Shown here in pieces: positions 9,944 to 20,361 of a DNA stretch of 64,000 nucleotides. Origin of the DNA: Haemophilus parainfluenzae (GTDB taxonomy: Bacteria; Pseudomonadota; Gammaproteobacteria; Enterobacterales; Pasteurellaceae); assembly GCA_916050345.1 (NCBI GenBank), contig CAJZKN010000005.1, positions 20,529-84,528 of the forward strand, read 5' to 3'. Made by a program: the position numbers and the translations under genes. Positions within the stretch are counted from its first letter, which is position 1, and every line of letters begins with the position of its first letter. The notes under the pieces were generated by a model that was not told where the DNA came from, did no database searches, and worked only from the letters and a program-made list of their open reading frames with translations.

Positions 9944-11302
9944 ATGGATCTGATTATAGGTTTGATTGCCATTGTCTTGGTGGCATATTATATCGTGAAA
10001 GGCTATTCAGCGACTGGCGTGTTGATGTTCGGTGGCTTGGTCTTGTTATTCATTTCAGTACTGATGGGACATTCGATTTTACCAGAAGGAGTGAAAAGCA
10101 CCGGTTCCACCTATTTTGATATTTTAGAATATGTGAAATATCTACTCGGTAATCGTGGCGGCGGCTTAGGCTTGATGATTATGGTATTATGTGGTTTCTC
10201 CGTGTACATGACCCATCTTGGTGCGAATGATGTGGTGGTGAAATTGGTGTCAAAACCACTGAAAAACATCCGTTCACCTTATATTTTAATGGTATTTGCT
10301 TATTTCCTTGCATGTTTAATGTCTTTTGCTGTGTCATCTGCAACGGGTTTAGGCGTGTTATTAATGGCAACATTATTCCCTGTTATGGTAAACGTGGGGA
10401 TTTCACGTGGGGCTGCAGCGGCAATTTGTGCATCGCCAATTTCGATTATCCTTTCTCCAACATCGGGCGACGTGGTGCTTTCTGCTGAAATTTCAAAAAT
10501 TCCTTTAGGTGAGTTTGCCTTTGGCACCGCATTGCCGGTTTCGATTTTTGCGATTTTAGGAATTGCTGTCGCACACTTCTTCTGGCAGCGTTATTTGGAT
10601 AAAAAAGAAGGCGTGCAAGTAGAACGCATTAATGCAGATGAAATTAAAACCACTGCACCAAATTACTATGCGATTTTGCCATTATTACCAATTATCGGTG
10701 TGTTGATTTTTGACGGTAAATGGGGCTTACCAAATTTACACATCGTTACCGTGATGGTGCTTTGCTTTATCATTACTGCTGCGGTAGATTTCTTACGTAG
10801 CTTTAACGCGAAACAAACCTTCGATAATCTCGTGGTGGCATATCGCGGTATGGCAGATGCCTTTGCGGGCGTGGTAATGCTTTTAGTGGCGGCGGGTGTA
10901 TTTGCGCAAAGTTTAAGTACAATCGGCTTTATCACTAATTTAATCGATTCTGCACAATCCTTCGGCGGTTCAGCGTTCTTTATGATGTTAGTGCTTGCGG
11001 TGATTACCATTTTAGCCACCATGGCGACAGGTTCAGGTAATGCAGCGTTCTATGCTTTTGCAGAATTAATTCCGAAATTAGCAACACAAATGGACGTCAA
11101 CCCGGCTTTCTTAACCATTCCAATGTTACAAGCCTCTAACTTAGGTCGTGGTTTATCACCGGTTTCTGGTGTGGTTGTGGCGGTATCTGGTATGGGAAAA
11201 ATCTCACCATTTGAAATCGTAAAACGTATGTCTGTCCCAATGTTGGTTGGTTTTATTTGTGTGATTATCGGCACAGAAATCTTTGTTTCCGTTGCCGCCT
11301 AA
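9944..11302 (+). CDS. dcuC: Anaerobic C4-dicarboxylate carrier, DcuC family
   Basis: 452 aa. Close recalled similarity to E. coli DcuC throughout (IKGYSATGVL, FPVMVNVGISRGAAAAICASP, IPMLQASNLGR). Confidence 0.85.
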   Translation: MDLIIGLIAIVLVAYYIVKGYSATGVLMFGGLVLLFISVLMGHSILPEGVKSTGSTYFDILEYVKYLLGNRGGGLGLMIMVLCGFSVYMTHLGANDVVVKLVSKPLKNIRSPYILMVFAYFLACLMSFAVSSATGLGVLLMATLFPVMVNVGISRGAAAAICASPISIILSPTSGDVVLSAEISKIPLGEFAFGTALPVSIFAILGIAVAHFFWQRYLDKKEGVQVERINADEIKTTAPNYYAILPLLPIIGVLIFDGKWGLPNLHIVTVMVLCFIITAAVDFLRSFNAKQTFDNLVVAYRGMADAFAGVVMLLVAAGVFAQSLSTIGFITNLIDSAQSFGGSAFFMMLVLAVITILATMATGSGNAAFYAFAELIPKLATQMDVNPAFLTIPMLQASNLGRGLSPVSGVVVAVSGMGKISPFEIVKRMSVPMLVGFICVIIGTEIFVSVAA

Positions 11303-11320
11303 TTTGATAGGTAAAAAAGA

Positions 11321-11349
11321 AGGGCTGATAGTGAATATCAGCCCTTTTG
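11321..11349. terminator. Hairpin agggctgata...tatcagccct plus T-run; bidirectional terminator between dcuC and folK
   Basis: Inverted repeat between convergent stops. Confidence 0.6.
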
Positions 11350-11356
11350 TTTTGAG

Positions 11357-11860
11357 TTAAGTGCGGTCAATTTTCTCGCTGTTTTTGATTTTATGCATTT
11401 GATGATTTTCAAAGGCTTTCACCAAATCCGATACTTTTTCACCTTCAGGTAAAACCAAATCTTGTGCGATATCATTAAGCGGCACGATCACGAATTCGCG
11501 ATTTTTCATGTCGTAATGAGGCACGGTTAAGCGTTCATTTTGAATGATTTGATCGCCATAAAGCAGAATATCCAAATCCAGTGTACGCTCACCCCAACGA
11601 CGTAAACGTACGCGACCTTGTTCATTTTCAATGCGTTGCAATTCATCGAGCAAAGCTAAAGGTGGGCGAGTGGTTTCGATCATTGCCACTGCGTTCACAT
11701 AATCTGGTTGATCCTGCGGACCTAATGGTTTGCTTTGATAAAATCCGCTGACCAATTTTAATTCGGTATTAGGTAGCGAAGAAATTGCCTCTAATGCCGA
11801 ATTTAATTGTTCTGTAGGCGCATTTAAATTGCTGCCAAGGGCGATATACACTTGAACCAT
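11357..11860 (-). CDS. folK: 2-amino-4-hydroxy-6-hydroxymethyldihydropteridine pyrophosphokinase (HPPK)
   Basis: 167 aa. Has the VYIALGSNL start. Directly downstream of pcnB, as in E. coli. Confidence 0.9.
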   Translation of the reverse strand: MVQVYIALGSNLNAPTEQLNSALEAISSLPNTELKLVSGFYQSKPLGPQDQPDYVNAVAMIETTRPPLALLDELQRIENEQGRVRLRRWGERTLDLDILLYGDQIIQNERLTVPHYDMKNREFVIVPLNDIAQDLVLPEGEKVSDLVKAFENHQMHKIKNSEKIDRT

Positions 11861-13152
11861 TAGTTAGCCGCCTTAGGTTTACGTCTGCGGTAATATTTTT
11901 TCTTCGGCGCTGGATGCAATTTTTGTTGCTCTTGAACCAACTGGCGACGTTGTTCTTGATTGCTGAGTTGGTACTCATGCCACCATTTTGCCAATTCAAC
12001 GGTTTCGCCACCTTCCACTTCAGCACGCATCGCCAATAAATCAAAGGCTGCACGGAATTTTTGATGTTCCATAGTGCGAGCAGGGTGAGAACCGGTACGT
12101 TTAAGCAGTTGTAATTGCAACATCCAAATATCACGAATGACAGAGGTGTGACGACGAGGTGCGGCTAATGAACGGCATAATTGATCAAGCACTTCATTGC
12201 CTGCAAGGGCATAAGCATCGTGATTGTTTAGACCACCTTCATTTTTCAACACATCCACTTTTTCGCGTAGTGGATACCAGAAGAATGCCGCAAATAAGAA
12301 GGCAGGATTGATACGTAATTTGTCGGCAATACGTTCATCCGTTGAATTTAACGAAGTTAAAATCATGCGTTCCGCAAGGCTGTCTTCTTTTTCGGTGAAA
12401 TAAGGCGTTAAGCTTGGGAAAAGCTGTTCAAATAAGCCATATTGGCGAAGTAATTTGTAGGTTTTTACGCCATTGCCAGACTGCAATAATTTTAGGCTTT
12501 CATCGAATAAACGCGCCGGTGGAATATTTTTAAGCAATGGCGCAAGCTCACGAATGGGCTGTTCACTTGGTTTTTCCAAGAACATATCCAATTTCGCCAT
12601 AAAGCGCACAGAGCGTAGCATACGCACAGGATCTTCTTGATAACGGGTAACGGGATCGCCAATCAGACGTAATTTTCCGTTTTTCAGATCATCAATTCCG
12701 TTGAAGTAATCACGCAACGTATTATCTTGCGGGTTGTAGTAAAGGGCGTTTACGGTAAAGTCACGACGCTCCGCATCTTGTTCAATGGTGCCATACACGT
12801 TATCACGTAATAACATCCCTTCATCACTTTGTTTTGCTTGATTTTCGCTGCGCGCATCTGAATGGCTAGCACGGAATGTGGCCACTTCGATCACATCGCG
12901 TCCAAACATAATATGCGCAAGACGGAAGCGACGACCAACTAAACGGCATTGACGTTGGAATACCGCTTGAATTTGGTCGGGACGTGCATTGGTTGCCACA
13001 TCAAAATCTTTTGGATGTTTACCCAACAATAAATCACGCAAACAACCACCAACGATATAAGCGTCATAACCTTGACGTTGCAATTTTTCTACCACGGTAA
13101 TGGCATTACGGCTAAACATACGTGGATTAATGCCCAAATGAGAGGCTTTCAC
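11860..13152 (-). CDS. pcnB: Poly(A) polymerase I (tRNA nucleotidyltransferase superfamily). Coordinates give the ATG-initiated ORF; the true start is probably further upstream with a non-ATG codon
   Basis: Carries GGCLRDLLLG and the FDVAT head-domain motifs. Its stop overlaps the folK start. The reading frame stays open upstream to about 13340. Confidence 0.85.
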   Translation of the reverse strand: MKASHLGINPRMFSRNAITVVEKLQRQGYDAYIVGGCLRDLLLGKHPKDFDVATNARPDQIQAVFQRQCRLVGRRFRLAHIMFGRDVIEVATFRASHSDARSENQAKQSDEGMLLRDNVYGTIEQDAERRDFTVNALYYNPQDNTLRDYFNGIDDLKNGKLRLIGDPVTRYQEDPVRMLRSVRFMAKLDMFLEKPSEQPIRELAPLLKNIPPARLFDESLKLLQSGNGVKTYKLLRQYGLFEQLFPSLTPYFTEKEDSLAERMILTSLNSTDERIADKLRINPAFLFAAFFWYPLREKVDVLKNEGGLNNHDAYALAGNEVLDQLCRSLAAPRRHTSVIRDIWMLQLQLLKRTGSHPARTMEHQKFRAAFDLLAMRAEVEGGETVELAKWWHEYQLSNQEQRRQLVQEQQKLHPAPKKKYYRRRKPKAAN

Positions 13153-13402
13153 GCTATATTTGTCGTAGCGAGATGCTTGTGTGTTGGTTTTTTTATGGTG
13201 AGAAGAGGACGGGGCGATCTTGGGTTGTGAACGCTCTGTTTTTGAAACGTTTGATTTTTTGCTTTTTGACGCCGTTTTGGGAACGGGCGAATTTATATTG
13301 GTTTCAGTTTCTTTTTTAGTTTTTTTACCAAATAAATTTTTTATATAAGTAAGAATAATTTACTCCATTCTCTGTGTTAAATGCGCATTTGATAAAAACA
13401 CG

Positions 13403-13432
13403 AAAAGTGCGGTTGTTTTTGACCGCACTTTT
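13403..13432. terminator. Inverted USS pair (aaaagtgcggtt...gaccgcactttt), likely a terminator downstream of dksA on the minus strand
   Basis: Two opposed USS cores are separated by a short T-rich loop, about 20 bp past the dksA stop. Confidence 0.5.
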
Positions 13433-13452
13433 CGTTGGGTTATTTGAATCAA

Positions 13453-13890
13453 TTAACCTGCGACTTGTTTTTCACGAATTTCAGCAAGGGTTTTGCAATC
13501 GATACAAAGATCAGCAGTAGGGCGTGCTTCTAAACGACGAATGCCAATTTCTTCGCCACAAGAATCGCAATAACCGAAATCATCGGTATCTAATTTTTTC
13601 AATGTGTATTCAATCTTTTTCATTAATTTACGCTCACGATCGCGGTTACGTAATTCAAGACTGAATTCTTCTTCTTGGGTCGCACGGTCAGCAGGATCTG
13701 GGAAGTTTGACGCTTCATCTTGCATATGAGCAACAGTTCTTGATGCTTCTTCCACAATTTGCTCGTGCCACGCAGTTAAAATTTTTCTGAAATGAAGAAT
13801 CTGATCTTCATTCATGTATTCTTCATCTTTCTTTGGTTGATAAGGCTTAACACCGGCTAAATCCAGCAAACTTAGAGATGCCTTAGACAT
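13453..13890 (-). CDS. dksA: RNA polymerase-binding transcription factor DksA
   Basis: 145 aa. C4 zinc finger CDSCGEEI...CIDC. Coiled-coil with the DxxDxA tip ([12 protein letters not shown]). Confidence 0.9.
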   Translation of the reverse strand: MSKASLSLLDLAGVKPYQPKKDEEYMNEDQILHFRKILTAWHEQIVEEASRTVAHMQDEASNFPDPADRATQEEEFSLELRNRDRERKLMKKIEYTLKKLDTDDFGYCDSCGEEIGIRRLEARPTADLCIDCKTLAEIREKQVAG

Positions 13891-14054
13891 TGATAACTCC
13901 TAATTTAGTAAAGATTTTAACGACTTCCTGTCTTGTTGTTTTGATTGATTCTTATTGGCTAAAAAATAGCTGACATAAGAACCCTGTTTTTTAAGGGCGA
14001 TATAAATAGCAGAACTTCACCTATTTAGCAAATAAATTTAGCTTAGAAATTTCA

Positions 14055-14078
14055 AATTTGCGATCGTGATCGCAAAAA
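14055..14078 (+). promoter_or_regulatory. CRP-S (Sxy-dependent CRP) site: perfect TGCGA-N6-TCGCA palindrome upstream of rec2/comEC
   Basis: The sequence is aatttgcgatcgtgatcgcaaaa, about 80 bp upstream of the rec2 ATG. C6/G17 is the hallmark of competence-regulon CRP-S sites. Confidence 0.65.
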
Positions 14079-14152
14079 ACAGCATGTTTATTTGCTTATC
14101 TATGAGGTTAAGGCTAGTTTGCCTTACTTTCTCGCTATAAATCATACTTAAC

Positions 14153-16555
14153 ATGAAAATCACGCTATTTCAGCTGTGCATGATGCTCATTGTCTCAGCC
14201 TTATCCTTGCTTGTCGTGCCAGATTTTTTACTGTTCACTTGGCAACAGGCAGGGTTGAGCATTTTAATGTTGGTTATGACCGCACTTTGTTTCCATTGGT
14301 TCAATTATTTTAAAGCCAGAAATTTTTGCATGAGCGCTATCTTGTTTTTGATTACTTTGGCTTATGCGCATTCACCAGCTTTATCGTTATTGGGACAAGC
14401 AGAGAGAATTTCAAGTTCACCAAATAAAATCACCTTAGATCTTCACATTTCAGAAATTCTTCATCAGCAAGATTATCAAACGTTGGTTGCAATAACGTCT
14501 TTATTTGATGGAAAAGCACAACAAATTTTTATTAATTGGAAAGCGCTAGAAAAGCCACAAGTAGGTGAAATTTGGCGGGCGGATGTAAGTCTTCGTCCTA
14601 TTTCTGCAAGACTAAATCATGGGGGATTTGATCGACAACAATGGTATTTTTCTAAAAGGATTATTGCCGTAGGGAATGTGAAAAGTGCGGTCAAAATTGG
14701 AGACGATTTTTCTTTCCGCATAGATTTTCTACAGAATAGCCTCAAGCAGACGGAAGGTCTTTCTTTACAAGGTTTACTTATCGCATTGGCATTTGGCGAG
14801 CGGGCTTGGCTGGATAATAAAACGTGGCTGATTTACCAACAAACGAATACAGCACATTTAATTGCTATTTCAGGGTTACATATCGGTTTAGCAATGGGGA
14901 TAGGCTTTTTCTTTGCTCGATTATTGCAAATACTCTTACCAACACGCTTTATTTCGCCATGGTTTCCGCTTTGCTTTGGCGTGTTGATTGCCTTAGGTTA
15001 CGCCTATTTAGCCGGATTTAGTTTACCGACATTTCGTGCAATGATGGCATTGCTTTTTATTGCCATCCTTCAATGTTCTCGACGATACTACGCGCCTTCG
15101 CAAATGCTGTGTTTGGTAGTGGCATTTTTGTTGTTTTGCGATCCGCTTATGCCACTTTCGGTGAGCTTTTGGCTTTCAGTTGGTGCCGTTACCTGTCTGA
15201 TTGTGTGGTACCGATATGTTCCCTTATCAATCATTGAATGGCGACATCAAAAATTATCCCGCAAAGTGCGGTGGATTTTAGGCTTGTTTCATTTGCAGTT
15301 AGGGCTGCTAATTTTATTCACGCCCATTCAGCTTTTCTTTTTTAATGGCTTGGCGTTAAATGGATTCTTGGCGAATTTAATTGCGGTGCCCTTGTATAGC
15401 TTCTTACTTGTGCCATTGATTCTCTTTGCTGTATTAACCCATGGTGCATTTTCTTCTTGGCATCTTGCAAATGTGATTGCTCAAGGTATTACACAATGCC
15501 TCAGTTTTTTCCAAGGCTCGTATATGCCGATTTCGATTAATTTATCTCTCATTCTGACCGCACTTTTAAGCCTTGTTTTTGGCGGAATGTTATATGGTTT
15601 GTATTTTGCATCTCAAGGGAAAACAAAAAACACACCGCTAAAATCAAGTCGATTTTTCACATTAAACAGCACAAAAATCTTATCACCAGAAGAGTATAAA
15701 CAAGCGCTTCGTAGTGTCATTTTTATTTTTTGTTTTTGTATTGGCACGCTTGGGTATCGATATATCACGAAACCCAAATGGCAGTTAGATACGTTAGATG
15801 TGGGACAAGGTTTAGCAACATTAATTGTGAAAGAGAGGAAAGGTGTGTTGTATGACACTGGCCCCGCTTGGCAGAGTGGAATAGGTAGCTCTTCTATGGC
15901 GGAATTAGAAATATTGCCTTATCTTCAACGAGAAGGTATTGAACTTGAAACCTTGATTTTAAGCCATGATGATAACGATCATTCAGGCGGCGCTAAAGCG
16001 ATTTTAGCCGCCTATCCAGAGATTGAACTGATTACACCTTCTCGTAAAAACTATGGCGAAATGCACCGCACTTTTTGTCTTCAGGGGAAACAATGGCAGT
16101 GGCGAGGGCTTGATTTTAAAGTTCTTTCACCAACGCAAATAACAGATAGGGCGGAGAATCCCCAATCTTGCGTGATTTTATTCACGGATGGACAGTATCA
16201 GATTCTGTTAACCGGTGATGCGGATGTGGCAACAGAAAGATCTTTTGCTGAAAACCTCGGCAAAATTAACGTGTTACAGGTAGGGCATCATGGTAGTAAA
16301 ACTTCAACAGGCGAGTTTTTACTGTCACAGACAAAACCGGATATCGCTTTAATTTCAAGTGGACGATGGAATGCGTGGAATTTTCCTCATCCAACCGTGA
16401 TTGAACGATTAAATCGTTATCAAAGTGCGGTCGAAAATACCGCTATTTCAGGCCATATTAGGTTAAACTTTACTGAAAAAGGGGTTGAAATAGAAAAGGC
16501 GAGAGAGGATTTTTCACCTTGGTTTGCCCGTGTAATTGGATTATCCCCTAAATAA
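14153..16555 (+). CDS. rec2: DNA internalisation competence protein ComEC/Rec2
   Basis: 800 aa. Has a polytopic competence domain and a C-terminal metallo-beta-lactamase domain (HDDNDHSGG, GHHGS). Confidence 0.85.
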   Translation: MKITLFQLCMMLIVSALSLLVVPDFLLFTWQQAGLSILMLVMTALCFHWFNYFKARNFCMSAILFLITLAYAHSPALSLLGQAERISSSPNKITLDLHISEILHQQDYQTLVAITSLFDGKAQQIFINWKALEKPQVGEIWRADVSLRPISARLNHGGFDRQQWYFSKRIIAVGNVKSAVKIGDDFSFRIDFLQNSLKQTEGLSLQGLLIALAFGERAWLDNKTWLIYQQTNTAHLIAISGLHIGLAMGIGFFFARLLQILLPTRFISPWFPLCFGVLIALGYAYLAGFSLPTFRAMMALLFIAILQCSRRYYAPSQMLCLVVAFLLFCDPLMPLSVSFWLSVGAVTCLIVWYRYVPLSIIEWRHQKLSRKVRWILGLFHLQLGLLILFTPIQLFFFNGLALNGFLANLIAVPLYSFLLVPLILFAVLTHGAFSSWHLANVIAQGITQCLSFFQGSYMPISINLSLILTALLSLVFGGMLYGLYFASQGKTKNTPLKSSRFFTLNSTKILSPEEYKQALRSVIFIFCFCIGTLGYRYITKPKWQLDTLDVGQGLATLIVKERKGVLYDTGPAWQSGIGSSSMAELEILPYLQREGIELETLILSHDDNDHSGGAKAILAAYPEIELITPSRKNYGEMHRTFCLQGKQWQWRGLDFKVLSPTQITDRAENPQSCVILFTDGQYQILLTGDADVATERSFAENLGKINVLQVGHHGSKTSTGEFLLSQTKPDIALISSGRWNAWNFPHPTVIERLNRYQSAVENTAISGHIRLNFTEKGVEIEKAREDFSPWFARVIGLSPK

Positions 16556-16604
16556 CAGGTACAATGCAGCCAATTTTTTAAGATAATTGATGTAAGAACA
16601 AGCT

Positions 16605-18353
16605 ATGCAAGATAAAGATTTCTCAACCACACAAACTTTTAAGCGTTTATGGCCAATGATTTCACCTTTTAAATCAGGTTTGTTAGTCTCAGCTTTTGCT
16701 TTAATTTTTAATGCCCTGGCTGACTCAGGTTTGATTTATATGCTTAAGCCTTTGCTTGATGACGGTTTTGGTAAAGCAGATCATTCTTTCTTGAAAATGA
16801 TGGCATTTGTTGTGGTTGGCATGATTATGTTACGTGGTATAACTAACTTTGTCTCTACTTATTGCCTGGCGTGGGTATCTGGTAAAGTAGTAATGATTAT
16901 GCGCCGCCGTTTGTTTAAACATTTAATGTTTATGCCAGTAAGCTTCTTTGATCGTAATTCAACAGGCAAATTGCTTTCTCGTATTACCTACGATTCGGAA
17001 ATGATTGCCAATTCTTCATCTAGTTCATTAGTGACGATTGTTCGCGAAGGCGCCTATTTAATTTCGTTGCTTGTTGTGATGTTCTATACCAGTTGGGAAT
17101 TAACACTTGTACTTTTCGTGATTGGCCCGATTATTGCAGTACTGATTCGCATGGTATCTAAGATTTTCCGTAAGCTTAGTAAAAACATGCAAGATTCCAT
17201 GGGGGAATTGACCTCTGCAACGGAACAAATGCTAAAAGGGCATAAAGTGGTGCTGTCTTTTGGTGGTCAGTTAGTGGAAGAAGAGCGTTTCGATAAAGTC
17301 AGTAACGATATGCGCCGTAAAGGCATGAAGATGGTGACGGCGGATGCCATTTCTGATCCTGTTGTGCAAGTCATTGCTTCTTTGGCGTTAGCCGCCGTGC
17401 TTTATTTGGCAACCACACCATTAATTGCGGATGATAATTTAACTGCGGGTTCTTTCACTGTCGTATTTTCTTCCATGTTAGCCATGATGCGTCCGTTAAA
17501 ATCCTTGACGAATGTGAACTCACAGTTCCAACGTGGTATGGCCGCTTGTCAGACATTATTTGCTATTTTAGATTTAGAAACTGAGAAAGATAATGGCACA
17601 TATAAAGCAGAACCTGCAAAAGGTGATTTAGAATTTAAAAACGTGAGTTTTGCTTATGAGGGTAAAGAAGAGAAAGCCTTAAATAATATCTCTTTTTATG
17701 TGCCTGCAGGCAAAACTGTGGCATTAGTTGGACGTTCAGGTTCGGGAAAATCAACGATTGCTAATTTGGTGACGCGTTTCTACGATATTGACGAAGGTGA
17801 GATTTTATTAGATGGCGTAAGAATTCAAGATTATCGTTTATCTAATTTACGTGAGAATTGTTCTGTCGTTTCTCAACAAGTACATTTATTTAACGATACG
17901 ATTGCCAATAATATTGCTTACGCGGCAGAAGATAAATACACGCGTGAGCAAATTATTGAAGCAGCAAAAGCAGCTTACGCCCTGGAGTTTATCGAGAAAC
18001 TTCCACAAGGTTTTGATACCATTATTGGTGAAAATGGTGCAACCCTTTCTGGTGGTCAACGTCAGCGTTTAGCCATTGCTCGTGCGTTATTACGTAATTC
18101 ACCGGTCTTAATTTTAGACGAAGCGACATCTGCACTCGATACCGAATCTGAACGTGCTATTCAGTCTGCGTTAGAGGAACTGAAAAAAGATCGTACGGTA
18201 TTGGTAATTGCACATCGTTTATCAACCATTGAAAATGCTGATGAAATCTTAGTTATTGAACACGGTGAAATTAAAGAACGTGGTACGCATCAAGATTTAT
18301 TAGCACTTGATGGTGCGTATAAACAATTACACAGTATGCAGTTTAGCGGATAA
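16605..18353 (+). CDS. msbA: Lipid A export ABC transporter MsbA (fused permease-ATPase)
   Basis: 582 aa. N-terminal 6-TM domain, Walker [18 protein letters not shown] signature, and [10 protein letters not shown]. Confidence 0.9.
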   Translation: MQDKDFSTTQTFKRLWPMISPFKSGLLVSAFALIFNALADSGLIYMLKPLLDDGFGKADHSFLKMMAFVVVGMIMLRGITNFVSTYCLAWVSGKVVMIMRRRLFKHLMFMPVSFFDRNSTGKLLSRITYDSEMIANSSSSSLVTIVREGAYLISLLVVMFYTSWELTLVLFVIGPIIAVLIRMVSKIFRKLSKNMQDSMGELTSATEQMLKGHKVVLSFGGQLVEEERFDKVSNDMRRKGMKMVTADAISDPVVQVIASLALAAVLYLATTPLIADDNLTAGSFTVVFSSMLAMMRPLKSLTNVNSQFQRGMAACQTLFAILDLETEKDNGTYKAEPAKGDLEFKNVSFAYEGKEEKALNNISFYVPAGKTVALVGRSGSGKSTIANLVTRFYDIDEGEILLDGVRIQDYRLSNLRENCSVVSQQVHLFNDTIANNIAYAAEDKYTREQIIEAAKAAYALEFIEKLPQGFDTIIGENGATLSGGQRQRLAIARALLRNSPVLILDEATSALDTESERAIQSALEELKKDRTVLVIAHRLSTIENADEILVIEHGEIKERGTHQDLLALDGAYKQLHSMQFSG

Positions 18354-18406
18354 TATAATAAGGGCGAACCAATGTGTTCGCCCAAAATCAATATAGGATA
18401 AATGAA

Positions 18407-19387
18407 ATGCCTTTTTGGTACTCTAATTCAAAACTTGCTTGGTTGTTCCTGCCTTTTTCACTGCTATTTTGGTTGATTAGCCAAATTCGCCGAGCATTAT
18501 TTTCTCTTAATATCTTATCCTCTTATAAATCCCCGAAACCCGTCATTATTGTCGGTAATCTTTCTGTTGGCGGAAATGGTAAAACGCCTGTCGTTGTCTG
18601 GCTAGTGGAAGAGTTACAAAAACAAGGATTGCGTGTAGGCGTGATTTCTCGTGGTTATGGTAGCCAATCTAAAACTTATCCTTTGCTTGTCACGCCTGAA
18701 ACCGATCCCGTTCAAGGGGGCGATGAACCTGTTTTAATCGCCAAAAGAACAGGTGTGCCTGTGGTGATTTCACCGAATCGTCAGCAAGCTATCGAATTAC
18801 TTTTGAAAACACAGGATTGCGATCTCATTATTTCGGATGATGGATTACAACATTATAAGTTGCAGCGTGATATTGAAATTGTGGTGATGGACGCAGAACG
18901 TGCTTTAGGGAACGGCTTTGTTTTGCCCGCAGGGCCTTTGCGTGAATTACCAAGTCGTTTAAAAAATGTGGACTTTGTGATTACCAATGGTGGAAAAAAC
19001 GCTTATTCTGATGTCATTATGACGTTAGTTCCTCACCATGCGATTAATTTAGTGACGGCTGAAAAACGCTTGTTAAGTGAATTTACTCAAGGTTCAGCCA
19101 TCGCGGGAATTGGCAACCCACAACGTTTTTTCACGATGTTGGAAAATTTAAATATTCGTTTAGGAAATACGAAAGCTTTTCAAGATCACCAACATTTTGA
19201 ACCACAATTGTTAGAAAAACTTGCTGAAAACCAACCGCTCTTTATGACCGAAAAGGATGCCGTAAAATGCCAAGCGTTTGCTAAAGAGAATTGGTGGTAT
19301 GTTCCAGTTGATGCGGAGATTGTTGAGGCTGAAAACCAAGGCCAAAAACTTCCACCATTGTGGGAAAAAATTCGTCATTTAGTTTAA
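18407..19387 (+). CDS. lpxK: Tetraacyldisaccharide 4'-kinase LpxK
   Basis: Carries [18 protein letters not shown]. The ORF track began at an upstream GTG. ATG at 18407 (MPFWYS...) aligns with the E. coli N-terminus. Confidence 0.85.
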   Translation: MPFWYSNSKLAWLFLPFSLLFWLISQIRRALFSLNILSSYKSPKPVIIVGNLSVGGNGKTPVVVWLVEELQKQGLRVGVISRGYGSQSKTYPLLVTPETDPVQGGDEPVLIAKRTGVPVVISPNRQQAIELLLKTQDCDLIISDDGLQHYKLQRDIEIVVMDAERALGNGFVLPAGPLRELPSRLKNVDFVITNGGKNAYSDVIMTLVPHHAINLVTAEKRLLSEFTQGSAIAGIGNPQRFFTMLENLNIRLGNTKAFQDHQHFEPQLLEKLAENQPLFMTEKDAVKCQAFAKENWWYVPVDAEIVEAENQGQKLPPLWEKIRHLV

Positions 19388-19404
19388 CTCTATTCGAGTG
19401 AAAT

Positions 19405-19584
19405 ATGCGTGAGAAACTTAATCCTCGATTATTAGACGTGATCGCTTGCCCACGGTGTTTGGCAAGATTGAAATACGATCAAGAAAATCAACGGCTCATT
19501 TGCCCTTTTGAGCAAGTGGCGTATCCTATTGAACACGGCGTGCCGATTTTGTTGGCAGAAAAAGCCGAAATATTGAAAGAATAA
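19405..19584 (+). CDS. ycaR: YcaR/Trm112-like small protein (UPF0434), 59 aa, absent from the ORF track
   Basis: Translation MREKLNPRLLDVIACPRCLARLKYDQENQRLICPFEQVAYPIEHGVPILLAEKAEILKE has the CPxC...CP motif. It sits in the conserved lpxK-ycaR-kdsB position. Confidence 0.6.
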   Translation: MREKLNPRLLDVIACPRCLARLKYDQENQRLICPFEQVAYPIEHGVPILLAEKAEILKE

Positions 19585-19587
19585 GGA

Positions 19588-20352
19588 ATGATTATGTCAT
19601 TTACAGTTATTATCCCTGCTCGTTTTGCATCGAGCCGCTTACCAGGTAAACCTTTAGCAGATATTGCCGGTAAACCTATGATTCAACATGTTTTTGAAAA
19701 AGCTCAACAATCAGGTGCGAGCCGAGTGATTATCGCGACAGATAACGAACAAGTTGAAAAGGCAGCAAAAGCTTTTGGGGCAGAAGTGTGTATGACATCA
19801 GAAGCGCATAATTCCGGTACAGAGCGTTTAGCGGAAGTAGTAAGTAAGCTTGGTATTGCTGACGATGAAATCATTGTAAACATCCAAGGGGATGAGCCGC
19901 TAATTCCACCTGTTATTGTGAGTCAGGTGGCAGAGAATTTAGCGAAGTTTAACGTGAATATGGCGACACTTGCCGTAAAAATTCACGAAGCGGAAGAGTT
20001 ATTTAACCCAAATGCTGTGAAAGTCGTTACGGATAAAGATGGCTATGTTTTATATTTTTCTCGTTCAGTAATCCCTTACGATCGTGATCAATTTATGCAA
20101 TTAGCGGATACCTCAAAGGCGCAATTGGCTGATGCGTATCTTCGTCATATTGGTATTTATGCTTATCGTTCAGGCTTTATTAAACAATATGTGCGATGGG
20201 CACCAACGCAGTTGGAAAACTTAGAGAAGTTAGAGCAACTTCGTGTATTGTGGTACGGTGAGCGTATTCATGTGGAATTGGCGAAAGAAGTCCCGGCTGT
20301 TGGTGTGGATACGGCTGAAGATTTAGAAAAAGTGCGGTCAATTTTGGCGTAG
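19588..20352 (+). CDS. kdsB: 3-deoxy-manno-octulosonate cytidylyltransferase (CMP-KDO synthetase)
   Basis: Has [16 protein letters not shown] and NIQGDEPL. The start may be the ATG at 19594. Confidence 0.9.
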   Translation: MIMSFTVIIPARFASSRLPGKPLADIAGKPMIQHVFEKAQQSGASRVIIATDNEQVEKAAKAFGAEVCMTSEAHNSGTERLAEVVSKLGIADDEIIVNIQGDEPLIPPVIVSQVAENLAKFNVNMATLAVKIHEAEELFNPNAVKVVTDKDGYVLYFSRSVIPYDRDQFMQLADTSKAQLADAYLRHIGIYAYRSGFIKQYVRWAPTQLENLEKLEQLRVLWYGERIHVELAKEVPAVGVDTAEDLEKVRSILA

Positions 20353-20361
20353 TTTTTACTG

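Noticed and set aside
18374-18406. Upstream GTG-initiated extension of lpxK ([11 protein letters not shown]...)
   Set aside because: The ATG at 18407 aligns with the E. coli LpxK N-terminus. The upstream extension starts only 20 bp after the msbA stop and has no homology support.
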